Source of the DNA: Cyanobacteria bacterium P01_A01_bin.123
GTDB taxonomy: Bacteria; Cyanobacteriota; Cyanobacteriia; Phormidesmidales; Phormidesmidaceae
DNA length: 24,391 bases
Assembly (NCBI GenBank): GCA_039815185.1
Contig: JBCBZT010000082.1
Location: forward strand, 1-24,391
Direction of reading: 5' to 3'
Positions 1-8,300 of this stretch are shown piece by piece; within the stretch, counting starts at the first letter, position 1; each line of letters opens with the position of its first letter. The translations under genes and the position numbers were made by a program. The notes below the pieces were generated by a model, which ran no database searches, was not told where the DNA came from, and saw only the letters and a list, made by a program, of their open reading frames with translations.

Positions 1-1
1 G

Positions 2-193
2 ACCCGCTTCGTAGAGCTGACTCGGGTGGCGCGGCGCATCGCCGCCCATCGGAAAGATAATCGCCCAAGGTACCTCGGTGGCCCGGCCCCAAAGCTCGCC
101 GTTGACGAAATTCGCGAGACGGCCAAAGAGAAAGCCGAAGGGGATCACACAGGCGATATAATCGCAGATGCGCAGAAAACTGAGTTTTTCTTT
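2..193 (-). other. lgt: Fragment of prolipoprotein diacylglyceryl transferase (Lgt), in frame with the NB-ARC ORF
   Basis: Translation [64 protein letters not shown] contains the Lgt signatures GR-x-[GA]-NF-x-NGE-x-[WY]-GR and [10 protein letters not shown] is 65% over 1-120 versus 56% over 201-320 (hand count). Confidence 0.88.
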
Positions 194-2389
194 GCCTAGG
201 GCTTCCGGCAACAGCTCCGGCAGGTATTTGCAAAACACGACTAAAGCCTGCGCCCGATCAGAGACATCTTGTATCTCGCGGGCAATGGCTAGCGCCTGGG
301 ACCAATATTGTGAGGGCAACAGATGAACAATACTCTCCAGGGCTAGCGCTCTGTATGAGAATCCCTCCGTACGTTTCCGATCCTCTCCATAGCGATCTTG
401 TATTTGTTGAATCGCTGTGAGTACGTCTGGCCATACTTCAGGAAAATGCTCCGCCAGCTTACTCAAAACATAAGCGCGAGAGGTGACATCTTTGATATTG
501 CTGATTGTGTTCAGTACTTCCGGCAATAGGGTTTGAGGCATATAAGGCACAATGGCGGAAATACACTCTGCTCTTTGCCTGGGATTGCGGGCTTGTTGTG
601 CGTAGGCTAGGCCCTGTGCAGGCTGCCAAATCTCTTTTTCTACCAGTCTGCCGACCAACTCAGCCGGAATGTTGCTCGCCAGACTGTTGAGAGAACCCCG
701 TATCAGCGCATAATGGAACAACAAGGCCACGGCTTGACTGGGCGCTTGCTTATAGCCAGATGCTGCTAGACGCCATGCCCGACCCACGTCGCTGGCAAAT
801 CCGGCGGGTTTGCCGATCGCCTCACAAGCTGCATACCAACTATTACGACCCGCTTTGTTACTCGCTTGCAACAATTGGTGAATGGCCTCTGGCTGCTGCG
901 CTCCTTCCATGTGCCAGGTCAGATAGGCATGGATATAACCGTCGTCTAGCAAGGTATGCCACTGCCCATCTGTTGTTTTAGCCCGGTAAAGAGCCAGTAG
1001 CTGACGATGCGCTTCGACTGTAGTTAGGCCTAATCCGGGTAAGTTACCGGGTGCGAATGGCGTTTCAGGTGTGGTCAGCAAGCGCTGCGCCAAATAATGC
1101 ATCAGGTCATGCATGCGAAAGCTTGGTTGTCCATCGGCCTGCTGCACACTGGATAAGATTAGAGACTTGCTCCTAAAGCTGTGCAATATCTCTCGGGCTT
1201 GGCGCGAGTTAACTTGCCACAGGGTTTCGGCCATCGCTTCGGTCAAGCTGACATCTTCAGGAATGATGCCTAACCAGGCAAACTGACGGCGTTGTGCATC
1301 TGGAAGACGTTTCAAGCTCAAGTTAAAACAGGCTAGGAGACTGTACCGACGCTGCTCTCCTTCACTGATGGTGTCGCCTGGCTCACAAATGTTCAAGGAT
1401 TCTAGGCGAGCAACTTCTTTATTCAAATCTGCTAAGAGATCTTGCCAGGCGCTGAACCCTTCTTCAATTTGAGAGGCGGCTAGCTCTAGAGCCAAGGGGA
1501 GGTAGCCAACCCGCTTGGCAAAGGCTTCTGCTTGCTCACGGGCGTTAGCATCCAGGGGTTCCGATAGCTTTTGGGTCATCAGCTCAATCGCTTGACCTTC
1601 ATCCATCACATCCAGGTCATAGCGCTTAGCATCAGGGATTCTTGCTTCACGGGTCGTGACCAGCACACAACTCTCGTCACTCCCGACTTGAAACGGTTTT
1701 AGATGGGTGGAGTTCCAAACATCATCCACCACCAATAGAGCCCGTTTGCCGTAGAGCAAAGTGCGTAGATGATTGGAGGCGGATTGAATCACAGTGGGCT
1801 TATAGTTGTAGTCCCCCATGGCCTGTATCCAGCCACTCAGCAATGGCAAAATGTCCGGTGCTTGGCCCAGCGTGGCCCACAGAATGCCATCTGAAAAGCG
1901 GGCCTGCACGTCAGGGTCATAGGCGAGCTTTGCCGCCAGCACCGACTTACCAATGCCCCCCAAGCCATAAATAGCACTGACTACCAAGATGCCAAAGCCA
2001 CTGGCGTCCTCACACAACAACTGCCCCTTCACTGCGTTCTGATGCGCCGGACGGTCCACAAAGTGCGGCGGTAGCGGCGGCGCTTGAAAAGGAGAACCTG
2101 GCCTGAGTGGCGGCGTAATAGATGAAAGCCGATTTGGACTGCTTGAAGGATTGGCGATCTCTAGCGGCTGCTCTTCGACAATATCATTCCAATTAACCCC
2201 CACAGTCTCGCAAATACTCTTGAAAGTTTCCGCTTGAATTGCCCTCTGGAGCCAAAACCGCTTCAACGTGGATTTAGATGTCGTGGCTGAATCGACCCAT
2301 GCTTTCTCTGTCTTTGCCCAACCCTTCTTGCGACGGGCTGTCTCAACAATCCCTAGCCCTTTTTGCGATGCTTTGAGAGTAGCTGCCAT
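2..2389 (-). CDS. STAND/NB-ARC ATPase with N-terminal XRE-like HTH and C-terminal alpha-helical repeats; open to the window edge; last ~64 codons are Lgt-derived
   Basis: Translated by hand from ATG 2389: [46 protein letters not shown]... Walker A GLGGIGKS (1943-1966), Walker B LLVVDDVW (~1715-1738), GYLPLALEL (GLPL-like, ~1482-1507), FRMHDLMH (MHD motif, 1106-1114), then repeats like [32 protein letters not shown]. No stop found before the edge, which explains its absence from the ORF track. Confidence 0.9.
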   Translation of the reverse strand, partial: MAATLKASQKGLGIVETARRKKGWAKTEKAWVDSATTSKSTLKRFWLQRAIQAETFKSICETVGVNWNDIVEEQPLEIANPSSSPNRLSSITPPLRPGSPFQAPPLPPHFVDRPAHQNAVKGQLLCEDASGFGILVVSAIYGLGGIGKSVLAAKLAYDPDVQARFSDGILWATLGQAPDILPLLSGWIQAMGDYNYKPTVIQSASNHLRTLLYGKRALLVVDDVWNSTHLKPFQVGSDESCVLVTTREARIPDAKRYDLDVMDEGQAIELMTQKLSEPLDANAREQAEAFAKRVGYLPLALELAASQIEEGFSAWQDLLADLNKEVARLESLNICEPGDTISEGEQRRYSLLACFNLSLKRLPDAQRRQFAWLGIIPEDVSLTEAMAETLWQVNSRQAREILHSFRSKSLILSSVQQADGQPSFRMHDLMHYLAQRLLTTPETPFAPGNLPGLGLTTVEAHRQLLALYRAKTTDGQWHTLLDDGYIHAYLTWHMEGAQQPEAIHQLLQASNKAGRNSWYAACEAIGKPAGFASDVGRAWRLAASGYKQAPSQAVALLFHYALIRGSLNSLASNIPAELVGRLVEKEIWQPAQGLAYAQQARNPRQRAECISAIVPYMPQTLLPEVLNTISNIKDVTSRAYVLSKLAEHFPEVWPDVLTAIQQIQDRYGEDRKRTEGFSYRALALESIVHLLPSQYWSQALAIAREIQDVSDRAQALVVFCKYLPELLPEALGKEKLSFLRICDYIACVIPFGFLFGRLANFVNGELWGRATEVPWAIIFPMGGDAPRHPSQLYEAG

Positions 2390-2425
2390 TAGCGTCGTTG
2401 CAGTTTAGAGCGTAGGGTACCTTCC

Positions 2426-2479
2426 GGTTCAGGATTGGTTCACCTCAAAATGACCCGTGAAATGAACTAAATCTGAACG
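2426..2479. promoter_or_regulatory. Candidate operator: GTTCA-N6-GTTCA / TGAAC-N6-TGAAC dyad in the divergent promoter region
   Basis: GTTCA at 2427-2431 and 2438-2442, TGAAC at 2463-2467 and 2474-2478. Each pair has 11-bp phasing and the four sites are exactly symmetric about 2452.5. Confidence 0.45.
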
Positions 2480-2534
2480 CTTAACCATGGAGCCAAGGAT
2501 GATACTAAGGCCATGGCGTTGACGGAGCACGATT

Positions 2535-2714
2535 ATGCGACAAACTTTCTACATTCTAATTTCCACTGCTGCGTTGACGAACCTGACGGCTTTCAGAGGG
2601 GTTACTGAAGCATTCATACAACGCAGTGACATAACCTCAAAAGCTAAGTTATGCCAGGAATTTATGATAATCATTGGGTTCTTGATGTTCAGCGGAAATG
2701 AAAATCCGGGATGA
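2535..2714 (+). CDS. Possible small protein (59 aa), hypothetical
   Basis: GGAG at 2524-2527 precedes ATG 2535. MRQTFYILISTAALTNLTAFRGVTEAFIQRSDITSKAKLCQEFMIIIGFLMFSGNENPG*. Just below the ORF-track size cutoff; no recognised family. Confidence 0.25.
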   Translation: MRQTFYILISTAALTNLTAFRGVTEAFIQRSDITSKAKLCQEFMIIIGFLMFSGNENPG

Positions 2715-2821
2715 ACAATAAGGCTTTCTCAACGTTTCAGGTTACCGACTAGTCCTGTAGGCACTTTGTCACAGCTACGTTTCAAACAACTCTGGTTCTG
2801 ATGAATTGATAGGAGAACAGT

Positions 2822-3328
2822 ATGATTCCAAATAGCATTAATCCTCTCTTCAGTAGGTTTTGGCGTAAACAACAAACGCAAAGACAGATCAGTAAAGCTG
2901 CTCAAAAAGTAAAAATGCTAGAGCAAGTTGCCATAGTCGAAGAGCCAATTTTGCCTTATCAGCAGGGTAAAGTACGTTACCAGGGCAACTGTTGGAAAGC
3001 TATTGCAGATCAAGACATTCGTATCGATCCGCCGAAACGAGTTTTAGTGGTTGGGCGAGAGAACATAACTCTCCTTGTTCGCCCTTTTTCAATGCCAGAA
3101 AAACCCGTTATTGCGCTCAATAGGAATCGTCTCTCCCTTGAGCGCAAACCGCAAGCTCATTTCCGTACTTTTTTCGCTGGTTTGGTTGTCATCCTGCTGC
3201 TGCTGTGGCTGCTCGATAGCATTCACCAAAGTGAACCGTCTACCACTGTTCCTAACGAAGTTGAACTCGAACAGCGTTTAGGCGATCGAAAGCCACTCGA
3301 CTTCGAGCTACCGCCCGTCGAAGACTAG
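2822..3328 (+). CDS. NfeD-like OB-fold protein with a C-terminal transmembrane helix
   Basis: AGGAG RBS upstream of ATG 2822. AIVEEPILPYQQGKVRYQGNCWKA...VLVVGRENITLLVRP fits the NfeD C-terminal OB-fold pattern (G.V...G..W.A...V.V.G..G.TL.V.P). Hydrophobic run FFAGLVVILLLLWLL lies downstream. Confidence 0.75.
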   Translation: MIPNSINPLFSRFWRKQQTQRQISKAAQKVKMLEQVAIVEEPILPYQQGKVRYQGNCWKAIADQDIRIDPPKRVLVVGRENITLLVRPFSMPEKPVIALNRNRLSLERKPQAHFRTFFAGLVVILLLLWLLDSIHQSEPSTTVPNEVELEQRLGDRKPLDFELPPVED

Positions 3329-3770
3329 TGAGCGTGATGCTGAGAGCGTACCAAACGTATGAGCAAGCGTGTAAATACGCCATCGGTGGGCTGAGCGGCT
3401 ATCGATATAAGCCGCAGAAGTTAGCCTAGCCAGGGGTAAGTGAAGCGAGCGTGTAACAAAGTGTAAGAGGCTCAAAAGTGGAGGCCGAAACGACGGAACT
3501 TCCCTAAAAATAGGTGCCTTTCGGGGATATTTGTACCATCAAAATACAAACCTTAAACCATTGATATAGAAGCCTTTCATGATCCTTCTTACACTTGGTT
3601 GTAGTTTTGCCTCAATCAGGCCATCTTTCAGAAGATGTGATCACCTGCACACCCGTCTCATACGGTTTAGTTTTGAAATGTCCCACGTATCCTAGAGGTA
3701 TCGTTTCGGGTCAGAAGCGATATCCCATTGAGTACTGTATCTTCGCTACTTTAGGGCCTTGTTTGACGAA

Positions 3771-4337
3771 TTAAGATAACTTCGTATTCAAGTCACGAAC
3801 TCTAAGCACAGGCAGTAGACTCAGAATCTTCCCAAGGAGACTTCTGTACACTTCCCGCGTCTCTTCGGGAGTAATGGAGCCCCCCGATATGAGCATTTCA
3901 AACGGTTGACCCAACTCTTCAACAATGATTCCAGTGGATGTATAGCCGTTCTTCCCATAGAATCTTTTTCGCTTCACTCGCTGCGCATAGTTATCGGCCC
4001 GCTCGTCAATTTGTTCGATGTTCAACACAATCCGTTTGTCTGGGTGGTTCTCTCTCAACGCTGTTAAGACCTTGGTTCCATAGCCCCCTGATCGGCAGGC
4101 AGCGTCAATGGCGAAATAGAACACCAAGATAATGTCCCTGTATTCAATCGTGTAGAGCAGACCGATCCATGATTCATCGTCATAGAGCGAGTTGAAAGAA
4201 ACATTGCTTTGCTTCGCTTTATGTCGAAGGAACCAAAATGGAGCGCGTTCATTTTTTGGAAACGCATTCTCGTAGAGAGATTTAATCTTAGTGGAGTTCT
4301 CTTTATCAGCCACTGCTGGTACGAAATTGATACTCAT
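3771..4337 (-). CDS. GNAT family N-acetyltransferase
   Basis: Acetyl-CoA motif A FAIDAACRSGGYGTKVL (R-x-x-G-x-G) and motif B RKRFYGKNGY. Start placed at ATG 4337 (MSINFV); the ORF track uses TTG 4361. Confidence 0.88.
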   Translation of the reverse strand: MSINFVPAVADKENSTKIKSLYENAFPKNERAPFWFLRHKAKQSNVSFNSLYDDESWIGLLYTIEYRDIILVFYFAIDAACRSGGYGTKVLTALRENHPDKRIVLNIEQIDERADNYAQRVKRKRFYGKNGYTSTGIIVEELGQPFEMLISGGSITPEETREVYRSLLGKILSLLPVLRVRDLNTKLS

Positions 4338-4389
4338 AATTGTTTGATTTTGCTTAGTCAAACTCTTAACTTTAGATAGACAGTTTTAG

Positions 4390-4512
4390 TCTATTGTGGT
4401 GCCGGATGACTCAAATGGCCAAGCGGTACCAGAACCTGTCTCCAGACTTGCTTTCTTTGTCTTTGGCGTTGTTGCTGCTGGTAGCGTCTTGAAAAAGAAG
4501 GCAACTGCCTAG
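4390..4512 (+). pseudogene. Orphan 3' end of a PEP-CTERM-sorted exoprotein gene
   Basis: Frame reads SIVVPDDSNGQAVPEPVSRLAFFVFGVVAAGSVLKKKATA*: VPEP motif, hydrophobic helix and basic tail. An in-frame TAG lies immediately upstream (4387-4389), so the gene body is missing. Confidence 0.8.
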
Positions 4513-4541
4513 TTCCTTGGAATACATCTCAACGTGACTAC

Positions 4542-4568
4542 CCCAGGTTTACGCCTGGGATTTCTTAT
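4542..4568 (+). terminator. Rho-independent terminator of the PEP-CTERM remnant
   Basis: Stem CCCAGG (4542-4547) / CCTGGG (4554-4559), 6-nt loop, followed by ATTTCTTAT, about 30 nt after the TAG at 4512. Confidence 0.6.
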
Positions 4569-4881
4569 GGGTACGTGGGACATTTCAAAACTGAAACCGT
4601 ATCACAAAAGCTCTTCATGCAATGCCTAACGCGCTGAAAAGAGTCAAAGATAAGAGTGCTGGACTATTAGCCCTAACATCATGGGGCTGTCCTTAAGACT
4701 AGAACAGCGCAGCTTGCGAGTCTCAAAGATAGACTTAGTGGCTGAATAGATAGACTAAAATCAGTACTAGTTAGACTCGTATTGAGAATTACGATCGCGC
4801 TATCAACAATCGTATCGATTGATTGAAGACTCCCATAGCTGTTAATGCAGATTGCTCAGGTCAAATGCTGCGAGCCCAATA

Positions 4882-5388
4882 TCAGGCTTGTGGTGGCAAT
4901 GCCGCAACTTCAGGAGCGCGAGCATTCAGGACATGTGAAAGATTTAAGAGAAAAATTGTTTTATTGCCTTCCTCATCGGGAACAACAGCCGTGTGGCTGA
5001 TCAGTTCTAGAAAATGGGATGACGCGCTGACGGATGGCGGCAGCGATCGCAGTAAATCTGGTGATAGCTCAACCAAATCTGGCAGACCATCTGTCCAAAT
5101 ACCGAAGGGTTCCCATTCAGGGCTACGGGCAATGATCAGGAAAGGTTGGGGTGTTGAGAGTGATAGCGAAGGGGTAGGGGTTAGCCATTGATGCAGATTG
5201 AGCACTCGAATCACATGGCTACCGATTTGGAGCAGCCCCAGGCGATTCAGTTCATCATCGCGATCGCTTGGCCCATGGCGCAAAACTCGCAGAACGTTCT
5301 TTGACGGTAGGGCCAAAGCATGATCCGCTACGGGAAAGGCGATAAACTTTTGCAGATCCGCATCTTGATCTAAATCTAATGATGTCAT
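4882..5388 (-). CDS. cheW: CheW-like coupling protein (last gene of the Pix/Tax operon)
   Basis: KFIAFPVADHALALPSKNVLRV...LGLLQIGSHVIRVLNL...FLIIAR...FGIWTD fits the CheW pattern; starts 11 nt after the cheA stop. Confidence 0.78.
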   Translation of the reverse strand: MTSLDLDQDADLQKFIAFPVADHALALPSKNVLRVLRHGPSDRDDELNRLGLLQIGSHVIRVLNLHQWLTPTPSLSLSTPQPFLIIARSPEWEPFGIWTDGLPDLVELSPDLLRSLPPSVSASSHFLELISHTAVVPDEEGNKTIFLLNLSHVLNARAPEVAALPPQA

Positions 5389-5399
5389 AGCTTAATCTC

Positions 5400-8300
5400 T
5401 CACCCAGAAATTGGATTTAATACTTCTGCTTCCAGGACCTCTGCAACCATTGACAGCAGTTTGTGTTCTAAATAAGGCTTGCTGACATATGCGATCGCGC
5501 CAAGTTGTTCTGCTAAAAAACGATGTTTCTCGCTACTGCGAGAAGACAACATCATCACTGGCATCTTGACTAACGCTGAATCATTCTGACAATGCTGCAG
5601 CAATTCGAAGCCATTCATACGAGGCATCTCGATATCACAAATCACCAATTGAACATTGGGGTGTTGCAAGAGTTGGTCAACGGCTTCCTGACCATCCTGA
5701 GCCTGAATAACTTGATATCCAGCCTTTTGTAGAGTGAGGGTGAGGGTTTGGCGCGTTGTAACCGAGTCATCTACGATTAAGAGCTTCTGGCCCAGTTGCT
5801 TGCCAATCTCTAAGTCGGTGGTGATGGGTAGTCGTGGGGGATGGGTGGACGCAGCAAGCGTTTCGGTTGATAAATGAGTCGAATCATAGCGGGTCTTACT
5901 ATCAGCCTGCAGATTAGATACGGATAGATTAGATGCAGATTCGGCCAGTGCTGCACCGTCTAGCACCAAGGTCAGTCGACCATCTGCCAGAATGCTTGCC
6001 CCATAAAGATAAGCATGGGTCTCTAGTAAAGGATTTAAGGGACGAATCACCAATTCTTGCTCACCCAGCATCTGCGCTACCTCGATTCCCAGAAGAACAC
6101 CTTGATGGCGAATGAGGAGAATATGGGGCACAGATGTTTTGGGCATTAAAGGAGAAGCCGATTGAGTGGGGAGACGTTGAGCCTGCCCATGGTAGTCCAA
6201 CAAATCTGACAAAGCATAGATGGGGATCCAGCAAGCCGCCTCATCTTCTCCCCACCATAAGACTTTGCAATGGTCTCGCTGCTGAATTTGATCGGGTTGA
6301 GGAATCAAAATCTGCTCAATAGCATCGGGTAGGAGTGCATAGGCTCTGGCATTTGCCTGACACAGAAGCAGTTTGGCAATGGTTAAGCTCAGAGGAATGT
6401 GTAGTGTGAAAGTGGTTCCCTGGTGTGCCACCGAAGTGACTGTAACTTCACCTTGAAGCGCCTGCAGTTGACTCCGCACCACATCTAGCCCCACCCCTCT
6501 TCCTGAGAGGCTACTGATTTGAGACGTGGTGGAAAAGCCTGGTTCAAACAGCAAGTCTGTCAGCTGAGCTTGGCTGAGATTATGGGCCTGTTGGGGTGAG
6601 ACCAGTTGACGTTCAACAGCTTGCTGACGAATGCGCTCAAAATCCAGTCCCTGGCCATCATCTCGGACTTCTATCACCAGATGTTTGCCCTGGTGGTGGG
6701 CTGCAATTTCGAGTTGCCCTGCTTTTGGCTTAGCCCATTGCTGCCGAACTGCTACAGGCTCAATCCCGTGGTCAAAGGCATTTCGGACTAAGTGTAGGAT
6801 TGGATCGTACAGTCTCTCTCCGATCGCTTTATCCACTAATACTTCGGTGCCATGCAGCGTCAGCTCTACAGGCTTGTGATGGAGTGTTTCCAACTGTTGC
6901 AAGACGCCGGGGAAACGTTCAAAGAGTTGACCTAAGGGAAACATCCGACTTTCAATCAGGGCGTCACGCGTTTTGAGTAAAAGTCGCCCTTGCTGTTCCT
7001 GAGTCTGGCGCGATTGACGGGTAAACAATTCAATGGCATCGGCAGCCTCCGTCAATTGCACTGTGTCATCCAGGAGGGATTGAATGACCAACTGCGGTTC
7101 ACTGTATTGATCCAGTTCTAGCGCATCAAATCCGATGGGCAAGGGGCGCGATACTTGGAGATATTGACTGGCCCCCCAAGATTCTGACTGGAAAGCGGGG
7201 GGAACTGATTGGCGTAGAGGCGTTACTTGCCAGTCGCCCATTTGAGGCCGAGTCTGCGGCATTTGCTGGTGATCGACCCAGTCTTGAAGTTGACTCAACA
7301 CTTGTTGATGCTGTTGCAGTCGCTTGTAGAGATGACGCACGGCTATTTTAATCTGTTCAGCCTGAAGGGACTGCTGATTGTGATTGGTGAGTAGCTCACC
7401 CACGGCATAATTGAGTTGATCTAGATGCTCAATCTGAATCCGCACCGTGGGAGCAGGCGCCATGAGCCCTTTGTTTGGCGAGGGGATTGGCTGTTGACCA
7501 GAAGGCTGAGCATTGGGCGAATTGGATAAATCCCTGAGCCTAAGCGTCTCTGGTTCGGCAGTTGATTGGGACTTGACGTTTGGATTAATCGCTTCAGGAG
7601 AAATAGCAAGTGCCGCAGGGTTCGAATCAGACTCTAGATTACTGTCTGCATTAGTTGGAGCGGCATCTGCTCCCCAGATATTTTCTAAGAGCGTGTTGGC
7701 ATTATCATCGTAGGGTTGCTCTAGAGAAACATCGGGGGTTTCATATACCTCTTGAGCAGACCCCTGATCAGGCTCAACAACAATATCAGATAGTTTAGGC
7801 GAAGCGACCCCTTGTGCCTCGTTCATTTGATCCGATGATGGCTGGACAGACCCTCGCATCCATTGAAAGAGTTTGTGGATAACCGGAATAGTGGTCGTTT
7901 CGACAGCCTCTGTCTCCTGATCAAGGACTGATTCTTCAATAACGGCTGTTTCTTCGACAACGGCTGATTCCTCAATAACAGCTGCTGTATTTCCTAAAAC
8001 AACTGCTGTATTCTCTACGGAGTAATCTGCAACCTGATCATGCGCTTGAATGTGAGCTAGGGCTTGTAAGGCTTCAGAGGGCTGTCCACCTTGGTCGCGA
8101 TCGCCTGCGAGGACGGCGGTTTGTCCCGCCTGAAAATCCTTTAAGGCAAGTTGGGCAATGGCGATGACCTGATCGGGATGCTGCTTGAGCGCTGCGATCG
8201 CGACTTGAGCAATGGCTTCAAATCCAGGTAAATTAAGGGACTCCCCCAAACCTAGGAAGACTTCAGCTTGGGTTTGTAACACGGTGAGGATTTCTTTGGG

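Larger units (their letters stand above)
3661..4601. mobile_element. Non-autonomous IR-bounded element (MITE/transporter-like) carrying a GNAT gene and a PEP-CTERM tail
   Basis: Left end TACGGTTT-AGTTTTGAAATGTCCCACGTA (3661-3689) is the reverse complement of the right end TACGTGGGACATTTCAAAACTGAAACCGTA (4572-4601), apart from a 1-bp indel. TCA flanks both sides (3658-3660, 4602-4604); alternatively the terminal TA is the duplication. No transposase inside. Confidence 0.7.

Noticed and set aside
505..981. Plus-strand ORFs 505-690 and 760-981
   Set aside because: Antisense to the well-supported NB-ARC gene, with no motifs.
4375..4780. Recurring ATAGAC(T) words at ~4376-4394 and ~4728-4778
   Set aside because: Short, AT-rich and irregularly spaced; cannot be distinguished from chance.
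3075..5191. Short ORFs 3075-3281, 3938-4132, 4064-4267 and 4823-5191
   Set aside because: Out-of-frame or antisense shadows of nfeD, the GNAT gene and cheW.
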